Made by a program: the position numbers and the translations under genes. From Deltaproteobacteria bacterium (GTDB taxonomy: Bacteria; SAR324; NAC60-12), in contig JAYOTF010000059.1 of assembly GCA_038150265.1 (NCBI GenBank), forward strand, positions 1 through 13,485: a stretch of 13,485 nt of DNA, given 5' to 3'. The notes below the pieces were generated by a model that was not told the DNA's origin, searched no databases, and saw only the letters and a list, made by a program, of their open reading frames with translations. Positions 1 through 9,100 of this stretch are shown piece after piece; position 1 is the stretch's first letter; every line of letters starts with the position of its first letter.

Positions 1-54
1 CTCATGGAAGCCGCCAGCAGTCAAAAAGAACTCGATTGTGTGGACGTTTTTTGA
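1..54 (+). CDS. Possible 3' end of an upstream gene (...LMEAASSQKELDCVDVF*)
   Basis: Frame 1 is open from the window edge to TGA at 52-54. Too short to verify. Confidence 0.2.
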   Translation, partial: LMEAASSQKELDCVDVF

Positions 55-186
55 TCTGATTCAGGAAAATTGCTCAAACCTCCCTCATGAAATTGGACTT
101 AGTTTTTTGATTTGATGAGGCTTTTTCCTGAAATGATGGGCCTCCTCCGGGGTCGATGACCCAAGAGGCGCAACCAAGGAGACGGC

Positions 187-1275
187 ATGCCTCGTTTTCT
201 TCATACTGCAGACTGGCAACTGGGTCTGCGTCTGAATTACATCACCGGAGACAAGGGCGCCGAGCTGCGGCGCCAGCGGTTCCGGACGGTGGAACGCATT
301 GCGGAAGTGGCACAAGCCCGGCAGGTGGACGTGGTGCTGGTGGCCGGAGACGTGTTTGACGACAACCGCGTGGGGCAGGATACCGTGCAGTTAGCGGTGG
401 ATGCGCTCAAGGGCTTTGGAAACCTGCCTGTGGTGCTGCTCCCCGGCAACCACGACGCGGGCACCCGCGACTCCGTGCTTGCCGGATTGCAGGGCCAACT
501 GCCCCACGTCACCATCGCGCTGACGCCGGAGCCCCTCACCTTTGGGCGGCTTGAGGTGCACCCCTGCCCGCTGCTGACCCGCCACACCTTTGAGGACCCC
601 ACCCGGCACCTCCCTCAGCGCGAGCACAACGATCAGGTGCGGGTGGCACTGGCTCATGGCGGCGTCATCGACTTCTCTGAATCAGAAGACACGGTCACAC
701 CAAATGTGATTGATGCCGATCGTGTCCTGGACAAGGGGTTTGACTACCTGGCGCTTGGAGATTGGCACGGCCGCTTCTCTTACAACGAACGGGTGTGGTA
801 CTCGGGGGCTCCGGAGGCGACACGCTTCAAGGAAAAGGACCCGGGATACGTCCTCGTGGTCGAGATCGATGGGCCCGGCGAACGGCCTCGGGTGGAGTCG
901 GTTCCGGTGCAGCAAACCCGCTGGCTGCAGCAGGCGTTTGAGCTGAATGCCGACCACGACCTGGCACGGCTGACCGACTGGTTTGAGGCCCTGGAGCGTC
1001 CCAGTGCCACGCTGGTGGAGCTCTCGCTGCGGGGAACCCTGTCGCTGCAGGGACGCTCCGAACTGGAGGCGCTGCTGGACGGGTATGAGGCGCGTCTGGC
1101 CTACCTGCGCCGCAAGAATGAGCAGATTGTCGATGAGCCCTCTGAGGCAGACTGGGCGCAGTTTCAGCAGCTCGGGCTGGTGCAGCAAGCCCTTGAGAAG
1201 CTGAATCCGGATGAGAGCGAAACCGATGCAGACGCGGTCCGCTTGCTCCACCGCCTGCTCAAGGAGGTCGCATGA
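187..1275 (+). CDS. Mre11/SbcD-like DNA repair nuclease (calcineurin-like metallophosphoesterase), 362 aa
   Basis: Phosphoesterase motifs in order: HTADWQLG, AGDVFD, PGNHD, AHG, LGDWH, then YSGAPE (typical SbcD/Mre11 YsGspe). RBS AAGGAG at 176-181. Stop overlaps the ATG of the downstream Rad50-like ATPase. Confidence 0.93.
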   Translation: MPRFLHTADWQLGLRLNYITGDKGAELRRQRFRTVERIAEVAQARQVDVVLVAGDVFDDNRVGQDTVQLAVDALKGFGNLPVVLLPGNHDAGTRDSVLAGLQGQLPHVTIALTPEPLTFGRLEVHPCPLLTRHTFEDPTRHLPQREHNDQVRVALAHGGVIDFSESEDTVTPNVIDADRVLDKGFDYLALGDWHGRFSYNERVWYSGAPEATRFKEKDPGYVLVVEIDGPGERPRVESVPVQQTRWLQQAFELNADHDLARLTDWFEALERPSATLVELSLRGTLSLQGRSELEALLDGYEARLAYLRRKNEQIVDEPSEADWAQFQQLGLVQQALEKLNPDESETDADAVRLLHRLLKEVA

Positions 1276-3872
1276 TTTTGCATTCGCTCAAGGTGGCTCA
1301 CTGGCGGGGCCTCACGGTGGAGCTTCCGAACCTGCACCCAGGGCTGAACCTGATCACAGGCCCGAATCAGGCGGGAAAGAGCCGGTTGGTGCAGGCCCTG
1401 CGCTTTGGGCTGTTTGAGAGCAGCAAGGGCCAGGCGGAGTACAAGAGGGAGCTGAAGACCAGCGGCGATCTGTCTGCCGGATCACCTCGGGTTGAGATTG
1501 AATTTGAACTCCAGGGCCAGCGTTGGACGGTGGTGAAGGAGTTCCTGAGCTCCAACGAAACGGTCCTCCGGGGGCCCCGGACCCTGAAAGGCGAAGCAGC
1601 CGAAACGGAACTGGCGCAGCTGCTGGGGGTCAGTCCTCCCAGAAACAGACTGCTGGAAGGCAAAGAACTGGGCCTCTGGTCTCTGCTCTGGATTGAACAG
1701 GGGAATTCCCTGCTGGCCCCTGATCAGCTGAACAAACGGGCCTACGGCAAGCTCTCGGAGGTGCTGGATGAGGAGTTCAGGGCCGCTTCCATGGGAGAGG
1801 TGGGGCAACGCTTGATGGCGCAGGTGGAAGCCGAGGCCGAGCGGTACTACACCGCCACGGCAGGGCGGGAGACGAAGCTCCTCAAGAGCCAGCGGAGCCG
1901 CCTGGATGAGCTCACCGTGCAGCTCGATCAGGCCCGGAAGGAGCGGGATCAGGTTGCGGTCAATGCCGAACGCCTGGAGGAGCTGGAACGCAACGAGGTG
2001 GCCCTGCAGCAGCGGTTGCTTCTGCAAAAGCAGCACCTGCAGGAGGCCCTGGCGCAGCAGCAGCAGCTCGCAGAACTCCGGAATCAGCTCCAGCTGGGAG
2101 AGCAGCAGCTGCAGGCGCAGCTGGAGGCACAGGCCCGCCGGGAGGCTCTGGATCAGCAACGGGAAGACCGGCACACGGAACTTCAGCAGCAGCAGGAACA
2201 GCAGGCCCAGGCCGAACGCACGCTGGCGGCACTTGAGGCCACGCTGGCCGAACGCAACCAACAGGTGGAGCAGGTGGAAGAGCGCCAGCGCGCGCTCCGG
2301 ACCCAGCTCCGCGAGCAGCAACGTCAGCAACGGCACCTGCAGGCCCAGCAGGAATGGAGTCACCTGACTCAGCGTCAGCAACGGGCCCAGGCGCTGATGA
2401 CGGAGCAAGCTCAGACCCAAAAGGAGCTGGACGCTCTGCCGCCGCTGACGCTGGAACAGGTGCAGGGGCTCCGGAAGCTGGACCAGGACTTTCAGGTGAA
2501 GGAAGCCACGCTCCAGGCCAATGCCGTCCGGGTCCTGGTGGCCGTTGGCGAGCCGGTTGACCTGAATGGGGAGAGGCGGCAAGCCGGTGAACGGGTGGCC
2601 TTGGGGATTACCGGGGAACGGACCCTTGCCCTGGGGACACACCGCATCACGATTCAGCCGCAGGGTGGGAAACTCGAGCAGCTCCGGGACCAGTTTCGGG
2701 ATGTGCAGACGGACTACAAGCAGGAGCTGGAGGCCTTGCGGGTGCGCAACCTCGCTCATGCTGAGGAAGTCCTGAGCCGCCGGCAGGCGCTGGAAGGGCT
2801 CCTGCGTGAAAGGCAGCGCGAGCTTGAGCTGCAGGTCCCGGAAGGCATGGGCCCCCTCCAGCTTCGGCTCCAGCAGCTTCAGGAACACTGGGGCCCGGCG
2901 CTGGAAGAGGCTCCGGAGGCGGTTGACGCTACAGCCCTCGAGCAACTCGAGCAGCGTGAAAGCGACCTGCAGGTGGAGCTGGAACGGGCCCGCTCCCAAC
3001 GGGATCAGGTGCATGCTCAAAAAACGACGACGGCGGAGCAGACCATTGCGCTGAAGACGGTGGGAGAGGGCCTCCGGACGGAGATCCAGCGCCTGCAGAC
3101 GCAACTTGCCGCACAGCCGACTCAGGAACAGCTGGAAAGGAAGGTCCGGACCCTGAAGCAGGAGCAGGAGGCTCGTCAGGAGGTGTACCAGCAGCGAGGA
3201 GGACACGACGTTGAGGAACGCGTAGCGCAGCTCACCAACGCCAAGGAGGGGCTTGAGCGACAGGTTCAGGACCACCGGGTTCAGGTGGGACAGCTCCGGG
3301 AACGGGTGGCCCAGGGGAGCGGAAGTGGCTCCCATGAGCACGTTCAGGAACTGGAAGCGGCTGAAGAGCAGCTTCGGACGGAACTCGGGCGCCTGGAACG
3401 TCAGGCGGCTGCGGCCCAACGGCTGCGGGAGGTGCTGGAGGCGGCCCGTCAGGAGACCCAGCAGCGCTTCACGGCGCCGGTCCTGAAACGCATTGAACCC
3501 CACCTGCAGCTCCTCTTTCCGGAGTGGAAGCTGACTCTGGATGATCAACTGGGGCTGGAAGGACTGCGGACGGACCGGATGGACCTGGCCTTCAAGGAAT
3601 TTTCCGGAGGGGCCCGGGAACAGATTTCCATGTTGGTGCGGCTGGGCTTTGCAGAAGTCCTTGGCGCGGAGGAACCCTACCCGGTGGTGTTTGATGACGC
3701 GTTGGTCAACACGGATCCGGAACGCCTGCAGCGCATGCAGAAGGTGCTCTACCGCGTGGCACAGAAGCAGATCCAGATCCTGCTGTTTTCGTGTCATGGC
3801 GCCGCCTTCGACGGGCTGGGTCCGGATCAAGCGATTGACCTGAACACGCTGCTTCCTGCTGCGCCCGAGTGA
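1272..3872 (+). CDS. Rad50/SbcC-like (SMC-type) coiled-coil ABC ATPase, 866 aa; partner of the upstream nuclease
   Basis: N-terminal Walker A GPNQAGKS, Q-loop WIEQG, long Q/E/L-rich coiled coil, signature FSGGAREQ, Walker B/D-loop VVFDDALVNTD, His-switch FSCH. RBS AAGGAGG at 1261-1267. ATGA overlap (1272-1275) with the upstream gene. Confidence 0.92.
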   Translation: MILHSLKVAHWRGLTVELPNLHPGLNLITGPNQAGKSRLVQALRFGLFESSKGQAEYKRELKTSGDLSAGSPRVEIEFELQGQRWTVVKEFLSSNETVLRGPRTLKGEAAETELAQLLGVSPPRNRLLEGKELGLWSLLWIEQGNSLLAPDQLNKRAYGKLSEVLDEEFRAASMGEVGQRLMAQVEAEAERYYTATAGRETKLLKSQRSRLDELTVQLDQARKERDQVAVNAERLEELERNEVALQQRLLLQKQHLQEALAQQQQLAELRNQLQLGEQQLQAQLEAQARREALDQQREDRHTELQQQQEQQAQAERTLAALEATLAERNQQVEQVEERQRALRTQLREQQRQQRHLQAQQEWSHLTQRQQRAQALMTEQAQTQKELDALPPLTLEQVQGLRKLDQDFQVKEATLQANAVRVLVAVGEPVDLNGERRQAGERVALGITGERTLALGTHRITIQPQGGKLEQLRDQFRDVQTDYKQELEALRVRNLAHAEEVLSRRQALEGLLRERQRELELQVPEGMGPLQLRLQQLQEHWGPALEEAPEAVDATALEQLEQRESDLQVELERARSQRDQVHAQKTTTAEQTIALKTVGEGLRTEIQRLQTQLAAQPTQEQLERKVRTLKQEQEARQEVYQQRGGHDVEERVAQLTNAKEGLERQVQDHRVQVGQLRERVAQGSGSGSHEHVQELEAAEEQLRTELGRLERQAAAAQRLREVLEAARQETQQRFTAPVLKRIEPHLQLLFPEWKLTLDDQLGLEGLRTDRMDLAFKEFSGGAREQISMLVRLGFAEVLGAEEPYPVVFDDALVNTDPERLQRMQKVLYRVAQKQIQILLFSCHGAAFDGLGPDQAIDLNTLLPAAPE

Positions 3873-3943
3873 CTCGCTGGAAGGGTCGGACCCGATAGGA
3901 GGCAGAGGCACCCGAGAAGCAAGTGCCTCCTGCAAGGAAGGAA

Positions 3944-3962
3944 GCCTCCGGAGTCCGGAGGC
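3944..3962 (-). terminator. Candidate intrinsic terminator hairpin downstream of the FMO gene, between convergent genes
   Basis: Perfect inverted repeat GCCTCCGGA-g-TCCGGAGGC 8 nt after the FMO stop. On the minus strand it is followed by TTCCTTCCTT, an imperfect U tract. Confidence 0.45.
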
Positions 3963-3970
3963 GAGGCGGG

Positions 3971-5773
3971 TTAGCGGAGGTGGTGGACTTCCTGGAGCCC
4001 GTAGACCGGCGTGGGGATGCCTTCCAGGCGAGCCTTGAGCTGAAGCGAGAGGAACTGCGAGTAGTGCCGGGACTGGTGCAGGTTCCCGCCGTGGAACCAG
4101 AGGGCTTCCTGCTGCGTCGGCTTCCACATGTTCCGCTGTTCGCCTTCCCAGGGGCCCGGATCCTTGGTGGTGTCTGAGCCCAGACCCCAGACCTTTCCAA
4201 CCTTATCCGCCACTTCCTGGCTGATCAGGTCAGCGGCCCAACCGTTCATGGAGCCGTATCCGGTCGCATAGACGATCAGGTCGGCCGGAACCTCTTCTCC
4301 GGTATCGAGCTTCAGGCCGGTTTCCGTGATTTCGGTCACCTGCCCATGCTTGATCTTGATCTCGCCGTCAATGATCAGCTGAGAGGCCCCGACATCAATG
4401 TAGTACCCGGACCCGCGCCGCAGGTACTTGAGGAAGAGTCCGGAGCCATCCGCCCCCCAGTCCAGCCAGAAGTCCGCCTTCTCCAGCCCCTCATAGAAGT
4501 CCTTGTCCTTTTCCTTCATCTGCTCATAGAGCGGGATCTGGAAGGTGTGGAGGATCTTGTAGGGGAGCGAGGCAAAGATGAGGTCGGCCTTGTGGTGCGT
4601 GATGCCGTTTCGGACCGCTTGCTCGGAGTAGAGGGCCCCGAGGCCGATGTCCATGAGGGTTTCGGAACGGACGATGTGAGTGGACGACCGTTGGATCATC
4701 GTCACGTCGGCCGCATCGCCTTCCCAGAGGGCAGCGGCAATGTCATGAGCCGAGTTGTTGGAGCCGACAATGACCGCCTTCTTGCCCTTGTAGGCGTCCG
4801 GACCCGGGTGGCGCGAGGAGTGATGCTGGTCTCCCTGGAAGCGGTCCATGCCGGGGAAGTTCGGCAGGTTGGGCTTGCCAGACATGCCGGTAGCGAGGAC
4901 GAGCTGCTTCGGACGCAGCACCACCTCTTCGCCGTCTCGGTTGACGACAATGGTCCACTCTCCTGTGCTTTCGTCGTACTTGGCTGACTGAGCGGTGCTC
5001 TTGGTCCAGTAGTTCAGCTCCATGACCTTGGTGTACATCTCCAGCCAGTCTCCAATCTTGTCCTTGGGCGAAAAGACGGGCCAGTTGTCTGGAAACGGAA
5101 TGTAGGGCAGGTGATCGTACCAGACCGGGTCATGCAGGCAGAGGGACTTGTAGCGCTTGCGCCATGAGTCGCCAGGACGCTCGTTGCGCTCCACAATGAT
5201 GGTGGGCACATTCAGCTGCCGGAGCCGGGCACCCAGCGCAATCCCGCCCTGACCGCCGCCGATGATGACCACATATGGCTGCTCCGTGTAGCCCAGGGAC
5301 TTCCGCTCGGCTTCGCGCTCCTCGCTCCAGGTCGGCCGGTGCTTGCCGTGTCCGTGCTTGGCCCCCAGCGGACGCTCAAAGCCCATGGCCTCTTCGTGTC
5401 CCTTCAACTCGGCCATGGTGGTGAGGAGGGTCCAGATCTTTCCGTCCAGGATGCGGACCAGTCCGTAACCTCGAGAGACTCCGGTTTCAAACTGAAACCA
5501 GGCGGTAATGACGCCGCCATCATCGGTGGCGACCTCATTGGGGTCGAGGGCCCAGTTGCTGGGGCTGACCTGCTCCAGTTGAGCGGTCAGCATGTCTCGA
5601 ATCTGGCCGGGCCCTTCCATGGTGCGGATGTTCCAGGTGAAGCTGACCAGATCTCGCCAGTAGCTTTCTTCAGCAAACAGGCCGACGGCCTTCTCGATGT
5701 CTCGAGCAGTCAGGGCTTCGTCGAGTTGGCCAAGAATGGCTGCTGCGGTGGAGTCCGGTGTGTGGTCAAACAT
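3971..5773 (-). CDS. Flavin-containing monooxygenase (class B, COG2072/CzcO-TrkA-like; type II FMO-like) with N-terminal NTF2/SnoaL-like domain, 600 aa
   Basis: FAD Rossmann motif IIGGGQGG, W..RY.SL.LH motif, LATG, FMO fingerprint FQGDQHHSSRH, NAD(P)H motif VGSNNSAHD, YATGY. Start moved from 5932 to ATG at 5773 because an RBS (AAGGGGG, 5786-5780) precedes it and the first 53 codons of the longer ORF look non-coding. Confidence 0.92.
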   Translation of the reverse strand: MFDHTPDSTAAAILGQLDEALTARDIEKAVGLFAEESYWRDLVSFTWNIRTMEGPGQIRDMLTAQLEQVSPSNWALDPNEVATDDGGVITAWFQFETGVSRGYGLVRILDGKIWTLLTTMAELKGHEEAMGFERPLGAKHGHGKHRPTWSEEREAERKSLGYTEQPYVVIIGGGQGGIALGARLRQLNVPTIIVERNERPGDSWRKRYKSLCLHDPVWYDHLPYIPFPDNWPVFSPKDKIGDWLEMYTKVMELNYWTKSTAQSAKYDESTGEWTIVVNRDGEEVVLRPKQLVLATGMSGKPNLPNFPGMDRFQGDQHHSSRHPGPDAYKGKKAVIVGSNNSAHDIAAALWEGDAADVTMIQRSSTHIVRSETLMDIGLGALYSEQAVRNGITHHKADLIFASLPYKILHTFQIPLYEQMKEKDKDFYEGLEKADFWLDWGADGSGLFLKYLRRGSGYYIDVGASQLIIDGEIKIKHGQVTEITETGLKLDTGEEVPADLIVYATGYGSMNGWAADLISQEVADKVGKVWGLGSDTTKDPGPWEGEQRNMWKPTQQEALWFHGGNLHQSRHYSQFLSLQLKARLEGIPTPVYGLQEVHHLR

Positions 5774-5941
5774 GATGATCCCCCTTGAATACGTTGACAG
5801 TAGAGTCAGGCGATCCTCCGTCTGGAGTTCGCCCAGAGGCTGCCCAGGGTGGCTCCGCAGAGGGGCGCTTGGGCAGGAAACCACGATGATCGGAATCTGG
5901 AAAACCCTCTTCAGGGCCTGGGCTCCGACCATTTCTGCGTA

Positions 5942-5970
5942 GTTGTAATCACCCGTGCAACGAATGTCAA
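5942..5970 (-). promoter_or_regulatory. Putative sigma70 promoter for the FMO gene
   Basis: Minus strand reads TTGACA (5970-5965, perfect -35), 17-nt spacer, TACAAC (5947-5942, 4/6 match to -10). Confidence 0.55.
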
Positions 5971-5989
5971 ATCGGATGAACGATTGTCA
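5959..5989. promoter_or_regulatory. Direct-repeat operator candidate AACGAWTGTCA x2 (20-bp period) overlapping the FMO -35
   Basis: AACGAATGTCA at 5959-5969 and AACGATTGTCA at 5979-5989. Confidence 0.45.
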
Positions 5990-6035
5990 GGGCGATCGCT
6001 GGTCGGGAAAACCGGAGGCCCGGTGGTCAGAAGAG

Positions 6036-6063
6036 TTGACTGCACGAAAATTCTTGCTAAAGT
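6036..6063 (+). promoter_or_regulatory. Putative sigma70 promoter (extended -10) for the PAS kinase gene
   Basis: TTGACT (6036-6041), 16-nt spacer ending in TG-C, TAAAGT (6058-6063). Lies ~75 nt upstream of the ATG at 6138. Confidence 0.5.
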
Positions 6064-6137
6064 TTTGTCTCGGATTTGATCTGTGATGGGTCAATCTGAA
6101 GAGAAATCGACCTTTGCTTCCCCCTCGCGCAACCCAC

Positions 6138-9100
6138 ATGACGTTCACCCGTTACCGGTTATCTGTTTCCTCCGCGGCCTCCTCGCCCCAACCTCCGCCT
6201 GCTGAGGGGGAAACGACGCTCTTGAGTCTGGAACACCTTCGTGCCGCCTGGGATGTCGCGGCTGTGCCCATGATGATCACACGGGTTGAAGACGGGCAGG
6301 TACGCTACGCCAACGAGATTGCGGCCGAGATGCTGGAGACAACGGTGCCCGAGCTGACGGGGGAACGCATTCATCGGTACTACCGGCCGACGGAGAACCG
6401 GGCGGAGCTGCTGAACGCGCTTCAGGAGCAGGGGCTGCTCAAGGGGCAGCGCATTGAAGGGCAGACCCACCGGGGGCGCCCCTTTGTGGTCCGGGCGAAC
6501 CTCCAGGTGGTGCTCTTTGACAACGAGCCCTGCACGCTGTCCACGTACCAGGACATCACGGAAGAGGAGGCGGCTCGAAACAACCTGGTTCAGGAGAATG
6601 AGCTGCTGTCGCTGGCCAATTCCGGCGCGCAGCTGAGCTGCTGGTCGTGGGACCCTGAGACCGACGAAGTCTGGTGGGATGACTACCACTATGACCTGTT
6701 TGAAATTCCTCGGGGAGCACCGGTGACCTCAAAGCTGTTTCTGAGTCGGGTGAAGGACCAGGACCGTGGGCGTGTGGAGCAGCAGAAGGAGCACCCCCTC
6801 TTTGTGGAGGTTCACACCATTGAGTATGAGCTGGACCTTCCAAGCGGCCGACGCTGCGTCATCCGTGACCATGCCCGCCTCCTGAAGCGCGGGAGCCAGA
6901 AGCTGATTTTGGGAACGAGCCAGGACATCACCCGAGACGTGGAAGCCCAGGAGTACCTGCAGGAGCGGTTGGAGCTGATGCAGATGGCTTCTCAACTCGC
7001 CAGGTTCGGAACCTGGGCGCAGGTTCCGGAGGGCGGTGAGGATTGGGACCCGGCGCTCCGGAAGCTGCTTCAGATCCGTGAAGGCGAGCCGACCGGGTTT
7101 GCCAAGCTGATGGAGCGCTTCCATCCGGAGGAGGCGGCTGAACAGACCCAGCGCATTCAGGCGGCAGACGCGCAGGCCCGTAGCGGAGGCCTGGCCACCG
7201 GCATCTACCGCTTCTTGCTTCCGGACGGGACCGAACGGTTCCTGCAGGATCATGTGGGGTCGTACCTCAAGAACGGCGAGCGGCGCCTGATTGGGGTGAT
7301 TCAGGATGTGACCGCACAGGAGCTGACGCGTCGGGCGTTGCAGCAGGAAATGGAGATGCGGCTCCTGACCAGCGAAGGGGTGTCGCTGTGTCACTGGACC
7401 TGGGATGCCGAGAGCAATGAATCCTGGTGGGATGCCCTGCACTACAAGTTGTTTGAAGTGGAACTGGGGACGCCGATTCGAGCAGAGACCTTCCTGAGTC
7501 GAGTTCACCCCAGGGACCGGGAGCGCGTGAACGAAAAGATGCGGGCTGCTGCCACGGGGCGTTCCTATTCCATTGAGTACGAGCTGCTCCTTCCCAGTGG
7601 TCAGCGCCGGGTCATGCGAGATCATTCCCGCTTTGTGAAGATAGGACGGCGCCTGAAAGTCGTGGGGGCCAGCCAGGACATCACTCAGGACGTCCTCTTG
7701 CGGGAGGCTCTGGAGGAAAAGCTGGCCCTGATGAACATGGCCTCTGAAATTGCGAAACTGGGGTTCTGGTCCGAGGGGCCTGAACAGACGGAGTGGTGGA
7801 GCGATTCTCTGGGAGACCTGCTGCAGCGACAGGCGGGAGAGCCAGAGTCGCTGGCGACATTTCAGAGCCGGTTCCATCCGGATGTCAAAGCCGCCCAGGT
7901 TGCGGAATCGGAGCAGGCTGACCGCCGGGCGCTGACGGGAGAGAGCCAGGTGAACCTCTATCACCTCAAGCTTCCGGATCAGTCGGAGCGCCTGGTGCGC
8001 GGGTACGTGGGGCGGTTGGACCAAGAGGGGGCGCAGCGCTTGTTGGGCGTGGTGCACGATGTCACGGCGCAGGAGCAGCAGCGGTTGCAGCTGGAGCAGG
8101 AACTGGAGCTGCACCGGATTGCCAATCAGGCGGCCAAGATTGGCTACTTCCGTCGAGATCCGGAGACCAACCAGACCTGGATGGACAGCTACCTGCGCCA
8201 GCTGTTTGAGCTTCCAGGCCGGGGGTGGTTTGATTCGGATTTGGCAAAGGAGCGCCTGACGGCCGAATCGAGGGCCAAGCTCCAGCAGGCCCGGGAGGAG
8301 ATCATCGTGTCCGGTTTTACCGAGCTGGAGCTGAAGCTTAAGCTGCCCAGTGGCGAGCAGCGGATCCTCCGTTCGCATCAACGCCTCTACGCGGAGCAAG
8401 GCAAAACCTGGGTGCTCGGCATCAGCCAGGACATTACCGAAATCGTCAAGGTCTGGGAGGTCATCCGCCGGAACGAACGGTTGTACGCAGTGGGGCAGCT
8501 GGCCGCATCGGTCAATCATGACCTGAGGCAGCCGCTGGCCATCCTCAACATTGAGCTTGGGCTGCTTTCACGCAAGCTCAACAGCAAACCGTTCGCCGAG
8601 TTTCAGGAGCACGTTGCGGCAGCACAATCAGCCTTGCAGCATGCCGGGTCGATCATGGACCGTCCCGTGGGACTGGGGCTCGATCAGGAGCGGCAGCCGG
8701 TTCCTCTTTCAGAGGTGGTTCAACAGACGCTGAAACTCATGTCAAACCTGCTGGATCAACAGGGGCTCCGGGTGCGCTTTCTCAACCACTGGGAGGCGGA
8801 GCCTGCCGAGGAGCCCCGGGTCCTCATGCAGGCAACGGAGTTGATGCTGGTGCTCCAGAACCTCGTCATCAATGCCCGGGACGCCCTGACCGCGCGGCGG
8901 CAGGAGACGGGAGACTGGAAGGGGGCAACGGAGCTGTGGATTGAACTGCAGCCAGAGGCCCCGCAGTCGGTTCGTCTGAGCGTGGTGGACCAGGGATCGG
9001 GCATTCCGGAAGCGCTCCTGTCGGAAGTCTTCAAGCCGCTCTTTTCCACCAAATCCTCCCATAAAAGTACAGGGCTGGGACTGGCCATCTGTCAGCAGAT

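Noticed and set aside
1960..2400. CAG-rich low-complexity stretch
   Set aside because: Explained by Gln/Leu/Glu codons of the coiled coil, not a DNA repeat element.
1482..4127. 881-aa minus-strand ORF
   Set aside because: Antisense shadow of the Rad50-like gene. The L/Q-rich sequence mirrors CAG/CTG/GAG codons, has no motifs and overlaps two well-supported genes.
5774..5932. 53-aa N-terminal extension of the FMO in the ORF track
   Set aside because: A good RBS precedes ATG 5773, the extension is P/S-rich and non-domain-like, and its ATG lies only ~10 nt from the predicted -10.
6040..6058. Sigma54 promoter (CTGCACG...TTGC)
   Set aside because: No GG at -24 and the spacing to TTGC is 3 nt too long. 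A sigma70 reading fits better. I also found no GG-N10-GC sigma54 consensus next to the downstream IHF modules.
6729..8519. 596-aa minus-strand ORF
   Set aside because: Antisense shadow of the PAS kinase in GC-rich DNA, with no recognisable domain.
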